In this document: piece by piece, positions 13,495-27,375 of the stretch
Layout of the letters: every line of letters starts with the position of its first letter
Position numbering within the stretch: position 1 is the stretch's first letter
Source: Eledone cirrhosa
Lineage: Eukaryota
Direction: 5' to 3'
Assembly: GCA_964016885.1 (NCBI GenBank)
Contig: OZ024745.1
Coordinates: forward strand, 58,280,001-58,344,000
DNA: 64,000 nucleotides
Program-made: the position numbers and the translations under genes
Notes under the pieces: model-generated
Told to the model about the DNA's origin: nothing
Databases searched by the model: none
Seen by the model: the letters and a program-made list of their open reading frames with translations, nothing else

Positions 13495-13720
13495 GTAAAA
13501 TTGTCGAGATCCATGGACGAGTTCTCTCCAGCGGTCTCTGTCCCTCATTATCGCTGCCATGTACTGCGTCTCCAACAGGCCAGTGTCTGTCCTTAGGGCA
13601 TCAACATACGTTAACCTTGGTCTTCCTCTTCCAGTGTGTCCATGTAGGGGCTCCCACGGGAGCACTGAGTGCAATGTAAACTCTGGATGTCGGTGAGCAT
13701 GTCCAGCTAACCTCAGTTGT
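13495..13720 (-). pseudogene. RTE-clade LINE ORF C-terminus (3' end), ending in (TA)n
   Basis: LRLAGHAHRHPE..HSVLPWEPLHGHTGRGRPRLTYVDALRTDTG...MRDRDRWRELV is the typical RTE C-terminal GH...GRP...W/Y...DR..W pattern. Confidence 0.85.
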
Positions 13721-13764
13721 TTTTTCTAACTGCTAATACTATCTATCGGTCGAAAATCCAGGTA

Positions 13765-13878
13765 GAAGGAGCAACGTGAAATAAAGTGTCTTACTCAAGG
13801 ACATACCGCATCGCCCGGTCCGGGAATCGAACTCACAACCTCACGATTGCGAATCCAATTCTCTAATCCCTAAGCCAA
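13765..13878 (-). mobile_element. tRNA-derived SINE head with CORE-like segment
   Basis: Minus: TGGCTTAGGGATTAG (A-box-like)...GAGTTCGATTCCC (B box)...TGTCCTTGAGTAAGACACTTTA. A related head lies at 56100-56165 (+). Confidence 0.7.
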
Positions 13879-14471
13879 AATAACAAATAGAGGTAAAAAA
13901 AACGTCTTATTAGTTCCACGCTTTATAATGGGAACGGATGTTTATGTATAATGAACATACATATGTCTCATTGTGGGTGATATAAGCCGTGACCACGTCT
14001 GAACGCCAGGCGTTTACTCACTAGGTACTGAGGCAAAAATAAACTACAGCTTATATTGATTTTACGTATGGAACATCTGCGTTAGGAGCCATTCTTTCAT
14101 ATACGCCCCTATTATGAAACACTATGTTAGTCCTATAAATAGGTACTACTAGATCGTCAAGTTCACACTTTATACAAATGCGCATCGCCGGTATATGTTC
14201 CATACACATAATCTTTATCAGCTGAAGCTTATTCTTTCATCAGCCTCAAGTGAGTTAATATGTCCAGCGTTCTTACATGGCTTTTGAGTTAGTTGCGACA
14301 TAATAACAATTTAAAGCACACATGGTGAGACTTACGTTTGTCCATTATACAATAACATGTTACACATACTTTCATATAAAACTACAAATATGAATCACGC
14401 CATATTAGTGCTACTGCTAATTAATATATATGTATGTGTGTATGTGAATGTGTGTTTGTGTGTTTGTGTGT

Positions 14472-14575
<104 letters not shown>

Positions 14576-14764
14576 ACATTTAATCGCTATGTGGTGGTGA
14601 GCCTTGTTGCTCATGAGATTCATCAACACTCGCATGTGAAACTCCTGAGTAACAAGACTCACCATGAATATTTATACTCTATTTCGGTATTGAGTACTTT
14701 TTCTCACGTCCTTCAATAACACACGGATTTATTTATATATATTCATATTCATATATATATATAT

Positions 14765-15058
14765 ATATCACTTAAGAAACGGAGAATCAGTCGAGCGACG
14801 AATAAGATTTATTAGACATATTAGAATGGTTTCTCTGGCGACCAGCTCAAGGCACGATCGATACAATGATCAAACCTGACTCTGAAATCGCAATCTCTGC
14901 TTCGAAGAATCGATACATATCAGAGGATCTTGCGATTTCAGAGTCAGGTTTGATCATTGTATCGATCGTGCCTCGAGCTGGGCGCCAGAGAAACCATTGT
15001 AATATGTCTAATAAATCTTATTCGTCGCACCACTGATTCTCCGTTTCTTATGTGATAT
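14765..15058. mobile_element. Fold-back element (about 129-bp arms) carrying a long-stem-II hammerhead; same family as 53290-53410
   Basis: 14765-14893 is the reverse complement of 14930-15058; (TA)n lies on both sides of the element. Confidence 0.85.
14916..15006 (+). ncRNA. Hammerhead ribozyme with extended stem II, core mutated (CAGAGGA)
   Basis: CATAT-CAGAGGA-TCTtGCG...CGCcAGA-GAAA-CCATTG-TA-ATATG; covaries with 53296-53386. Confidence 0.65.
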
Positions 15059-15159
15059 TATACTCTGCTCTGTAAGAATGAGTGCTCAAATGGCATACCG
15101 CTTACGGACGCTTTAAGCATCCCACACCAATTATATATAATTATATATATATATATATT

Positions 15160-15519
15160 AGAAAGTGAGGGTTTTTTTACAAAATGAAAAATAACCGAGG
15201 TGTCCTACACGAGTGAAAGTATAAAGAAAAAGAGATGAAATCGAAAATGCAACTGGAGTCTTATTTTTTTTTTAAAATATATATATTTATTTGGTTCCTT
15301 TACCAGTTTCGCAGTTCTTCTGCTTTTCAAAAGGTGAGTTGATATGGAGGGTCTGTGGTTTTTCTCACATTCTCAGATGTGAGAAAAACCACAGACCCTC
15401 CATCTCAACTCACCTTTTGAAAAGCAGAAGAACTGCGAAACCGGTAAAGGAACCAAATAAATATATATATTTTTTAAAAAAATAAGACTCCAGTTGCATT
15501 TTCGATTTCATCTCTTTTT

Positions 15520-15526
<7 letters not shown>
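15160..15526. mobile_element. Fold-back element (about 150-bp arms, 6-nt spacer) with a variant-core HHR in each arm
   Basis: 15220-15370 is the reverse complement of 15377-15526; flanked by (TA)n. Confidence 0.85.
15413..15450 (+). ncRNA. Minimal hammerhead with variant core TTGAAAA (mirror copy 15297-15334, -)
   Basis: CCTT-TTGAAAA-GCAG aagaa CTGC-GAAA-CCGG-TA-AAGG. Confidence 0.7.
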
Positions 15527-15584
<58 letters not shown>

Positions 15585-16134
15585 TATATAGATATATATA
15601 TATTAAAATAACAGATTAAAGTTTAAGCAAAGAATCGCTGCTTTCACCCTTAACGGAATCTTCTGAAACTAAAAAAAAAAAACAATCTAAGAACGCAGAA
15701 GTAAATATTTCGAAAAACATTGCAATCGAAGGAAGACAGGAAGACGATACTTTGGTTCGTGGAAACGTTCCCTGGCAAAGAACGGGAAAAAAACGAAGAT
15801 AATACGTCATTATTTGGAGCGTTGAAAACAATTACACGCAAAGACAAAACCACGTTTTAGTATAACTGAAGTCGTAGACTAAAATTCTATTTAGGAAACC
15901 GAATGATACCCAGCTTCAGAGTTAAGAATAATGTAAATAAATTACAGAGGTAATTGAAATCAACAAAAATTAAATATATACATGCACGCATCCATATACG
16001 CACATACCCGCCATGGGTATGCAAATACAAACACGTACACAAAAACACGCACGCACATACAGAACCCACGCAACGCCTGTACCCGCACACATACGAACGT
16101 ATACACCAAATACACATAAAAATATATATTAAAA

Positions 16135-16181
<47 letters not shown>

Positions 16182-16757
16182 CAATTATATAGACGTATAT
16201 ATATATATACACACATAAATACGTATATAACGCGCGCACACACATACCTACATGTAAATACACATATGTAAGCTAAACTACGTCAACCAAAACACAAAGT
16301 ACACACGCCCTACATACGTGCGAACCCGCATACTCACACAGACACAAAACTCAGGTATACACATAACCATATGCACATTTACCAGTATATATAATATAAT
16401 ATATACGCCTATAACATATACAAGCAAATATACGTACGAGAAAGTATACGTACCTTCACAAAACATACAGGTAATATATAATTACCTACACAAATAAGTA
16501 ATGGTATAAACATAACATATACTTAGCTACCAGATCGTAAATTATCCGCGTATAGATCGTACTATCCGTTAGGGTATAATGTGGAGCTGTAATACAGAAA
16601 AGTTTTGTGCAATTTATGTTTACAAGCCGAAATTGCCTCAGATCTTTTGTTTAAGATGTTGTCTTAGACGTAGAGTATTTCCAGGGCTTCAGCGGGGCAT
16701 AGGTCACATGGTCTTTTATTTCCGTTATACGATTTTAGTCTTCAAATTTATTATTAT

Positions 16758-16914
<157 letters not shown>

Positions 16915-16997
16915 TATATAATGAAGGAATTGTGGTAAGGAACCAGATGGACCATAACGCACCAAAGTACTCAATACTTAGGGTAGTAGAGTGGGTA

Positions 16998-17113
16998 ATA
17001 GGAACAAGTATGACCCCGACGGCAGAGCTCAAGCCGTTTCGACGGCTGTCTGGATCAAAGAAATAACCGTCGAAACGGCTTGAGCTCTGCCGTGGGGTCA
17101 TACTTGTTCCTAT
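16998..17113. repeat. Hairpin with 48-bp arms between (TA)n tracts
   Basis: ATAGGAACAAG...GTTTCGACGG and CCGTCGAAAC...CTTGTTCCTAT; contains GAAACGGCTT, a possible HHR 3' half. Confidence 0.8.
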
Positions 17114-17122
17114 ATATATATG

Positions 17123-17212
<90 letters not shown>

Positions 17213-17227
17213 ATATATATATATTAT

Positions 17228-17512
17228 TATACTTTTGGAGGGTCATGTTGCCAATAAGAAACACACGCACCAGTTGCTTTCACTTCAATTTATTATATAT
17301 TTATAAATTTATAAATTTACAAATTTACAAACTTATAAATTTCTGGTTGGTTGGTTGGTTCCACAACCAGATAGGAACCAACCAACCAACCAACCAGAAA
17401 TTTATAAGTTTGTAAATTTGTAAATTTATAAATTTATAAATATATAATAAATTGAAGTGAAAGCAACTGGTGCGTGTGTTTCTTATTGGCAACATGACCC
17501 TCCCAAAGTATA
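17228..17512. mobile_element. Fold-back element (about 135-bp arms); a single arm recurs at 61656-61790
   Basis: 17228-17362 is the reverse complement of 17374-17512 and is adjacent to (TA)n. 61656-61790 has the same sequence, also after (TA)n. Confidence 0.85.
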
Positions 17513-17573
17513 ACAATATCGGTTTCAACACACGATTTCAGATAAAGAATCTTGCTAAACAAATTCAGAAACG

Positions 17574-17644
<71 letters not shown>

Positions 17645-18367
17645 GCGGAAATGAATAATCTCACATGACATGTTTCTTTGATTCTTTTGTTGTTTCTAAT
17701 TCTACTGTTGATGCAAATATTTTTGTTGTTATTAATATTTTTTATCGTTTTCGTGCCTATCAAGTGTAAATCTAATTCCCCCCATCCCCCACCCTACCAA
17801 AAAAAGAGAAAACTAATCGAACTCCCAACGGAACAACCAAGTACAGTAATGACGTTTTCTTAGGTAATTTCAGAATGTTTCCAGCTTAGCTGCATAAATG
17901 AATTTCGTACTTGATAAACTTGTGTTATTGTTGTTTAGTGAACGCTCAGTCCTGATCGAGTAGATTCTTAATCAATGGCGTTTTAACTGTGACAATTGTC
18001 AACCTTATTCTATAGTGCTTCTCCCTATTAGTAAATGTAGTGTGTTATTTGAGGGAGATTTGATTATTATTTCTATTAATTTGAGGTATTGCCACATAGA
18101 AACACCATTACTCGTTGTTTTATTGCGTCTTGTTTGTTGCTCTCTTGATCATCCTTGATCGACATCAAGCAAAACTATGGTTTAACAAATTCCACCAATT
18201 GACTAGTCCCTTTGTGTGTTCTTTTTTCTTTGGTGGGTGGGTGGTAGGTTGTCATTTCTGTTCATTAAACCTTGTGTAACCGGTATTGCCGCATTTTCCA
18301 ATTTGCTCATTCATTTTGGGGGATGGTTAGGTAAGATTTGAGAGACACTTGTTATTTTTAATCTCTT

Positions 18368-18399
<32 letters not shown>

Positions 18400-19539
18400 G
18401 CTTAGCTCAACTTTAAACGGACCCAGCATTCTAGCTTACTTTACTACATTACCTAATGCCTCTTTTACTTTTTTAGGTTGGTGTTGTGTATGAAGAGGGT
18501 TTAACTTCTGTTTCTCTCAGGTCGATCAAGGAGGTAGAAGGTCAATTGTTGGTATTTATAGGAATTATGGTAGTTTGTCTTAGCATTAAAGATGCTGTTT
18601 TTAACATTGAATGGTGTTTATGTATCATATTGAGATGTTGGTGCATTAGTACGAGTGTTGGTAATTGCGAATAATATTTTAACGGTTTAATGTTACATGT
18701 AGAGGTGATGGTGATGAGCAACTGTGTGGGATTTGTTGTGCTGTTGTTGCTAGATGTTGCACTATCCAAGATATCTGAGCAATAATTTAGAGGTAGACCT
18801 GATATTTCAACATTCACAATAAACTCAACAGAGAGTAGGCTAATTGATGTATTTTTTCCAGCTCTTTGCTCCCTCAGTTTGAATCTTGTTACAGTCAACG
18901 TTTCATTTATATTTTTCTTTTGCGTCATTGGTGAGTTTATTATGGCGTTGACTTGCTGCATTTGTTTCAACTCTTTATATTCTTAGTGAAGCTGTCGCTG
19001 GGTTTATAACCCCAATGGGCTGCTACTTGCTTCTGTGATTCTTATAATTCGTAGTCGACTAGACGAATATGTATGTATTATATATAACCTAACGTTAAAG
19101 CAGACCATGCTTACTAAAGACCGGCAATGATAATGCGTTATACCTCATTGTTTCACACTTATCAATGCTGTCATTAACTATTTATTTGATCGTTAAGATT
19201 TCGAATTTGAAAATATTTCATCCTATTGATTTTTTTTGTTCGGTGAGACTTTAGACGTATCTGAGCATGTAATTTACACTAAAATTATTCTATTGCATCT
19301 GGAACCATAAAATAGTGAATTATGTTCTCAACTCATTAGAGCTAATACACATACATACACAAACACAAAGCACATAGACACAATCAGACACATTCACAAA
19401 TACACTCACATACTTAAATATACATACATATAAATATATCCAGGGAGTGTAGCGTAAAGTTACTGTAGGTTCACCCATGTGAACACTCGATGTTTAGATT
19501 CACGTCTGTAGCGAGGTGTAGAGCGAAACAGAGTGTAAA

Positions 19540-19753
19540 TATAATGATACAAGGACGATTTGTTACGCCTTCATTACGTTTATTCATTGGTAACGCGCGT
19601 TTCGCTATTGATCAGTTCAAGGATCGATCTGTATCGAACTAGCCCGACTCTGGAACCAAAAGCTCGTCGCTATTGAACTGATCAATAGCGAAACGCACGT
19701 CACCAATCAATAAACGTAATAAAGGCTTAACAAATCGTCCTTGTGTTATTATA
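19540..19753. mobile_element. Fold-back element (about 80-bp arms) retaining the 3' half of a PLE-type hammerhead
   Basis: Arms 19540-19620 and 19673-19753. GCTATTGA actga TCAATAGC-GAAA-CGCACG-TC (left arm CGCGCG); the CTGANGA half is absent. Confidence 0.78.
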
Positions 19754-19772
19754 CGTGTGTGTGGGGGGGTAT

Positions 19773-19894
<122 letters not shown>

Positions 19895-22800
19895 AACAAA
19901 CGGATAACACGACAGATAATGAATTACAATGAAGATATATATTAGTTTCACGCTTAATATAGTAGGAAAAGTATTAACGTTTCGCACGCTAGAAGAAACA
20001 GAAAGAGGAGAGTGGCCAGAAGTGCTCAATTGCGACTTGACATATATGATGGTGCATTTATATGTATACTGGCACACAATTGAAGTACACACGTGGAGCT
20101 TTGTGACTTGGCTGATGGAGGAGATGGACCATACAGGCTACCGAGTTTCTTTTCCACATCCATTTTTTAGTGTCATTCCCAGCTGCACATCACAGTGTAG
20201 CGTTGATGACAGGTTACGCACCAGCATCTCATTACCTGGCAGAGAGGCTAACAGTCTATCGCTTCAGCAAGTTGCGTCACTTCCACTTGAATGGATCAGA
20301 ATAAATGCTATATCAATTTAGAAATACTTCGATCTTATAAAAATTGTATTTATGTTTTGCTCTTTCAATCAGTTTTGTTAGCAGCTACTACGTTATCTCT
20401 CTGTAATAGGCTTCTATTCACATACTTTTGTACATTGCCTGAAAGTAAACCAAATATGTTATTTGATAATTTAATTATAAAACAAACTAATCTTTTGTTC
20501 AAGTAAGCAATGATTATAAAGATGTACTTTAAACTTACGTTAATATACTCTAAAGTTCTAATACTTAAAAATTGCGAGACTGCTGATTTATATACTTTAT
20601 AATTTGTTTTGTTTTTTTGTTATGTTTTTAACCACTACGAACAATTTTCGGAATAGTAGTAGTCTAAAATATCTCATTTGAAAAACATCTATTTTAAATA
20701 TTAATCCGTACCTTCCAGTAACAATTATATTTGAAACAATCGGTTCTATTAATGATAAAAGTCGGAATATTTAATTGTACCTAGCATCACATGCAGTCAA
20801 TCTATCTTAGATGTGATGTCATATGCTGACGTCATGTCTGCAAAAAGAAATTTGGCTCAATGTTTTTTCTGCGTGTATTTGAGCATTTTATAAAAAAAGA
20901 TTTTGACTTTTTCTTATTTTATAGATTTTAATTTTCTCTACATAAATATACAAGAAAGATACAAGTAAGAACTAGAAATATACTGTAGGTGCTAAGAAAT
21001 ATTCCATAAAAAATGCAAAAACAAATCTCTGAATTTAAAAAAGTAAACATTGCGAAAGACAAACATTTTGTTTGAAAAAAAATCTGATAACAAAACAATT
21101 AATTTTTTAGTTGTTTAGATTGGACAATCTTATATGCGAAAATAGAGAGTATAATGTGGTTGATTTACTTCTCTTCAGCGGCATATAATTTACTTAAAAA
21201 TAGTAATAGTGTAATTGGTTATGTTTTTATAACTTCAAAGGCAAATTAAAGTGAATGCAATTTCACATAATTTCTGCTATATATTTGACATGTTAGATCA
21301 AAATACTGATATTGAACGAGTATATGCTGAAAACGATTGATCTTATATTATTATTTTCACAGACATCTCAATTTAGATTAGTAGATTCATCCTCATGAAA
21401 TATCGTGTGATTTCAACAAATTGAATACCATGAATTACTCTAACAACAGCTTAAAATATAAATGACCGGCACTCTAATGAGGCCGCCAGACATCCAGTTA
21501 AGCACTCTAACGATTCTCTCAATCCACCACCCTTGACGCACACTATTTATAAATCTTGAAGAGATAAAAGGTAAAAGTTGACTTCGGTAGTAGTTGAACT
21601 CAAAACACAATGAGCTGGAATAAATGCCGCAAGACATGCTGCCCGACGTTCTAAAACTTCTAGCAATTCGCCGCCTTTTAGTAACTTACTTTTTTCTATA
21701 TCGGTGTTATAGATTGCAATAGAATTTTATTCAGATAGTTTCTACATTTGGCACAAAGCCAAACAGATATACAATATAGTTTCATGTTCCTTTTCTCTGT
21801 CACGTTGTCTCTTTTTATCTCTCTTTCCCTCTCTTTCTCTCTCTTTTATCTCCCCCTCTCTCTCTCTCTCACTCCATCGCTCTCTCCCACCCTCTCTTTC
21901 TCTCTCTCTCTTTTCTTCTTTTTTTCTTTCACACACAAACACAATCTCACTCACTCACACACTGACATACAGACTGCTCCCCGTTTTTCAATCCTACGCC
22001 ATCATAAAAGAAAACATCACCACTCGAGGATACGTTAAACCGTTCCTCTTCCTCTCGACCAAGCAATTTATATCACATTTGAACTGTTTGTTTATATTCA
22101 CTAATTACTGACGCAGACGATCACTAGTTACCTGAAACCCTATTATTTACTAAATACGTGCTTTATTTGTTTATATGATATCAATAAATTCAACTTTGTG
22201 TAATATCACACTGTTCTGAAACAAGTTCAACATATTTTAGTAGTCATAGCGTTGTATGAATAATTTCTAGTCGAAATGCCTTTTCTAAGAGCATCCACAG
22301 CAAAAGTGTAGTCGTTGTTGTATATAGAGTCTAGCTCCAATTAGGTTGAGCTCTGATCACAGGCGTTCTAAATATGACTATTACTTTTCTTTCCTTAGTA
22401 TATTGAAACTAGATATTCTTCTTTTTCACCCACTTATTCCTAGGAGAATCATGGAGGAAGAGTTCTCAAACATTCCTTCAAAACATAATTCAACTTCCAG
22501 TCTTCCACCACTCGTGAATACGATCTCGAGGTACATTGAAATTCTCCACCTGCATCAGTGGAACTCTACTCACACGTAGAGTGCACAGCGAAGGCTTCCT
22601 TGAGATGACGAGTGTCCTTGTCTTCTCAGCACTCGGCTAAGTTGATATCGGCGTAATATGAACTTGAAGCACAGAGTTCCAGAACAAATATTACCACTAA
22701 GTATCTCGCCCAAAGCTCTAACAATTCCCCTAATCCATCGCTCTAAATTGAATGCTCTCACAAATAAGATACATACTACAGGAAAGATGCTGGAGGTTGT

Positions 22801-23625
22801 GTTTAGACGAAGGATATCGGACAATAGTCTGATAGGTCAATAGTTTGTCAAAACATATATTGTCAAAATAGATATTGCAGCCTCCATCTCATACTGTAAA
22901 AACTGGCGATGAGCCTGCAATCCGTCATGGGAGGAGCGGAATGGATGCACAAAGATTGCGTATTACGAAATCCCAAAGAGGTTTCGAAAGTGAGCAAACC
23001 ATAAAATTTGAATATTGGAGAGATACGTACCTAGTGTACTCGCATATATTTTCTCTGCTATTTTTCTTTTCTTTTTTTTACTTAGTAAATCACTATATGA
23101 ATAATACAAAGGCCACGAAAAAGAAACAAAAATATTGTATAAAAGTTTTCTTTTCTTGAAAAAGCTACAGGAGCTTAATTTATAATTGAAAGATGAAAAT
23201 CGGATAACAACAGAGAAAATATTTAACAACGCATGTTATTTCATTTCATTTCTTTTTCTTCGTTTTTCGTCATAGTTTCATGCCTCAGCGCATTTATGCT
23301 GATTTAAAGGAAATTCTAGACAGAAAAAACAATAAAACAGAACTGCTCTAAGGGAACGTCAAAAACTATTACCTGAATGTGTTATTAATTGATTCATTAG
23401 TGATATATTTTGAAAGGTAAGCTCTACAATTCTTCTTCTTTTTTTTTTGTTTTGCTAACAATCGAAAAGCAATCATCATCCATTCGTCACATCCGTATGT
23501 ATGTCTTTGAATGTGTATGTGTGGGTGGATGTGTATAAGCATATATATACAAATACTTGCATTTCTCTCTATATATATATACACAAATATATATATCTTC
23601 ACACACCCACACATACACATATAAA

Positions 23626-23701
<76 letters not shown>

Positions 23702-23873
23702 TATATATATATATAAAGAAAAGTCATCAAGGAACAAAACCCGGGAGAACAATAGGATACAATGATTACCGTATATATATATATATATATTAGTTTAACG
23801 CTTGTTATTATAGGAAAAAGTTATAATGTTTTGCGTGTTAGTCATTCATGACATTTGAACATTATTAACCAGA

Positions 23874-24192
23874 CTGAGTTCAAATCCCGCCGAGGTTGAC
23901 TTTGCCTTTCATCCTTACGGGGTCGATAAAATAAAGTACCAGTAATGCACTGGTAATTGCTGGCCTTGTGCCTAAAGTAGAAACAATTATATTACATATG
24001 AGGCGGTGAATTGGCAGTATCGGTAGAGGGTCGGACGTCATGCTTTGACGCATAGAGTTACGGCCCTTGCCATTCTGAGTTCAAATCCCGCCGAGGTTAA
24101 CTTAGCCTTTCATCCTTACGGGGTCGATAAAATAAGGTACCAGTAATGTAGGGGATAATTGCTGGCCTTGTGCCAATAGTAGAAACAATTAT
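23874..24192 (+). mobile_element. Two tandem SINE copies (5'-truncated 23874-23990; full 24002-24192)
   Basis: Same family as 2951-3138. Confidence 0.88.
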
Positions 24193-24267
24193 ATTACATA
24201 TGTGTGCGTGCGTATATTTCTGTCTCTCTGTTTGTGTATATAATGTAAACCTCAATATTGATATACC

Positions 24268-24302
<35 letters not shown>

Positions 24303-24328
24303 GGGAGAGGTGAGGAAGTGAAAAGGGC

Positions 24329-24363
<35 letters not shown>

Positions 24364-24465
24364 AGTTAAAAACAAAAAACAAAAACAATAACGAAGAGCG
24401 CAGTACAAACAGTGTTAGTATTAGGTTCACGCTTGAGAGTAGAGGTGGGGGATATATATATATAT

Positions 24466-24535
24466 ACCAAGCGTTAAACTAATATATTCCTCCCATATAG
24501 TGTACCGTTGGTATTGTTATTTCTGTTTACCTTAT

Positions 24536-24628
<93 letters not shown>

Positions 24629-24696
24629 AGGTAAACAGAAATAACAATACCAACGGTACACTATATGGGAGGAATATATTAGTTTAACGCTTGGTG
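24466..24696. repeat. Near-perfect inverted repeat (about 70 bp unique arms) centred on a (CA)n(TA)n(TG)n microsatellite
   Basis: ACCAAGCGTTAAACT...TTTACCTTATACACAC and GTGTGTATAAGGTAAA...AGTTTAACGCTTGGT. Confidence 0.9.
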
Positions 24697-25087
24697 TATA
24701 TATATATATAAATATCCCTCACCCCCACTTTGGAGGTATCAGAGGGTGCGTAAGTATGTATATAAAACACACGTATTTCCAAGTAAAGAAAAAAATATTC
24801 TAATTACCATAGTTGAAATAATCAAGATAATTAGTAAATAGGTATATCTTTTTTGTAATACAAAATATAAGCTATCCGTTGGGATTTCCGTAGCAAACTG
24901 AATCGTATATGTTGTTCAGTTAATAAAATAACTTCATGCTGAAATTGACGAGACACCATGTACTTTTTAGCGTCAAATGGATAGCAAAGAGTTCATATTA
25001 GATCTAGAAATAGCTCACCAACTCCTCCAAATGAAGCAGCTCAACCAACTAGGTGAGCAGAACATAAACATACATAAATAAATCGAA

Positions 25088-25276
25088 ATAATTGTTTCTA
25101 CTTTTGGCACAAGGCCTGCAATTACCCCAGTACTGGTGCCATATTTTATCGACACCGTAAGGATGAATGGCAAAGCTAACCTCGGCAGAATTTGAAGTCA
25201 GAACGTAAAGGGCCATAATTCTATGCTGTAAAGCATGGTGTCTGACGCTCCACCGATACTGTCAATCCACCGCCCA
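25088..25276 (-). mobile_element. SINE copy, reverse orientation
   Basis: Reverse complement of the 2951-3138 family (…CCGATACTGTCAATCCACCGCC). Confidence 0.82.
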
Positions 25277-25460
25277 ATAAATCGAAATAATGTCGTCTCG
25301 ATTTCGTCGTTCCATAAAAGCTCAATGGAAATTAGATACGACAAATATCATATTCCAGAGCACACTCACATCATAATATTACGGAAACAACAAATTATAA
25401 TTTGTAATGCATATGACAAAGCAGATAAATAAATGGATAGATAGATAGATAGATAGATAT

Positions 25461-26016
25461 GTTTCTTTATTAGCCACAGGGGCACAAAAGAAGGGGACAA
25501 ATACAAAGGGGAAGTTTACATACAATAAAAACGTGTAAAATGTTATCACAAATGCAATTTAAAAAATGAGTCGATTTTCCCCAATAGGGGAAGACAGTTT
25601 ATATGGGTAACACATACCCCCGAAAAAATGTGAAACCCTCATCTCCAGGAGTACGAAGAGTTTGTACTCCTTTCCTCTCCTACTCCTTTTCCTCAACCTA
25701 CAGGCTGATATAGAGAGAAGGCCCATTCACCCGGGCCATTCTCGCCACTTTCACCCACCTTTCATAAAACTTGCTGGGGTACAGCACCTCTCTCCCCATC
25801 CTGATTCTTCTTCCAAAGTGGTATTTGAAAAAAAGAATCAGTTGTTGGCCGGAGAGAAAGGTATCTGACCTCAGCCCTTTCAACCTGTCCACCATACAAC
25901 CTCTTTAGCCATAGCTATCACACAAAGGAAAACCGCCTCTCCTTCGTTTTTGAAGGAGGGTGGCGGTTTGATCATGACAATGGACTCGGTGGTCAACCGG
26001 ATTGGTCCCACCCGCG
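25461..26016 (-). mobile_element. 5'-truncated Tx1/L1-like non-LTR retrotransposon (ORF2 C-terminus + 3' UTR) inserted in (GATA)n
   Basis: Minus translation ...AVFLCVIAMAKEVVWWT(fs)LKGLRSDTFLSGQQLILFFKYHFGRRIRMGREVLYPSKFYERWVKVARM resembles Tx1 ORF2 ends (AK..IW..R...F..RW). AATAAA lies just before the 3' junction, with (GATA)n on both sides. Confidence 0.7.
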
Positions 26017-26107
<91 letters not shown>

Positions 26108-26616
26108 GATAGATGTGTGCACATGTCTGATGTTTTATTTTGTTTCATCTGTGTAGTTTAATACATACGTTTGAAAAACATTTTCTTTATTTACTAATAA
26201 TACTAATCATGTCTGTTTATAAGTATGCTTTTTAGATGTATCTGAAAGCCAATGTTTCTATTATATTTTTGTTATTTAGTTAATAATATATGCATAAATA
26301 ACAATAACGTCTTTATAATATGAATATTTTTGAATTAAACCATGATATTTTTTTCAAATAAATCCCACTATGTTTGATGTTAGAATCTTTGAATTTATTT
26401 TCAAAGGCAGGTATGTTAATGAGTGCATTCTTTCAACAAAAAGCCGTGTGGTTGGTCTACATATGAATATCCATATTTATGAGTGTGTATGTGTGTTGAT
26501 GTTTGTATGTATGTAAGTAGAAATAGATATAGCGATTATCTACATATATATATCATCATCATCACCGTTTTACGTCCGTTCTTCCACGCTAGCATGGGTT
26601 AGATGGTATATATATA

Positions 26617-26808
<192 letters not shown>

Positions 26809-26854
26809 CGTAAAATAAGAAAATTATAAAATTAACTTACTTACTAAAATATCA

Positions 26855-26934
26855 CTTCCAACTAATTAGTTTCTGAAATGGAATAAATATATTTTCCGAA
26901 GAATACATAGAGAATCATTTCGTCGTCAGGGAAG
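26855..26934 (-). ncRNA. Hammerhead ribozyme with extended stem II
   Basis: Minus: CTTCC-CTGACGA-cGAAATG..(about 35 nt)..CATTTCa-GAAA-CTAATTAG-TT-GGAAG. Confidence 0.82.
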
Positions 26935-27375
26935 ACTATTCTCATCTAAGTATCCAGGCAAAGCGGGGACTCTGGAAACTTATTCAAAAATAATTCAGTG
27001 GATAGAAAATAGCAAAGCGTGGACTGAATTCCTAGCCATTGAGAAAATAACTGCCTCTGCGTCGGTGGCAAATTCAAAAAGAATCAATCACGTGACATCG
27101 AGGTCAATCAGTGGAAAGTGGTTTGCTAATAAGACAGCGGCCTCCCTGCTACCATAGCAGCAGTCGTGGCCAATATTGCTCGACAAATAATTTGGAGATA
27201 ATTATAAAGAATTAATATCTAGTAACATATATATACATACAGATCATATCAATGCTAGCAAATATATAGGTTTTGTCTTAGTAACTTTGTGGTTCAATGC
27301 ATGGGGTTGCAGAACAATAATATGAGAGACGAAAAATAAGAAAATTATAAAATTAACTTACTTACTAAAATATCA

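Noticed and set aside
15619-15803. Possible terminal exon on plus (SLSKESLLSPLTES...KKRR*)
   Set aside because: In-frame stop immediately upstream, no polypyrimidine tract, no recognisable homology.
18542-18970. 142-aa minus-strand ORF, possibly a LINE ORF1 remnant
   Set aside because: No diagnostic motif.
22570-22824. Decayed LINE RT (YYAD-like motif on minus)
   Set aside because: Similarity too weak to support by eye.
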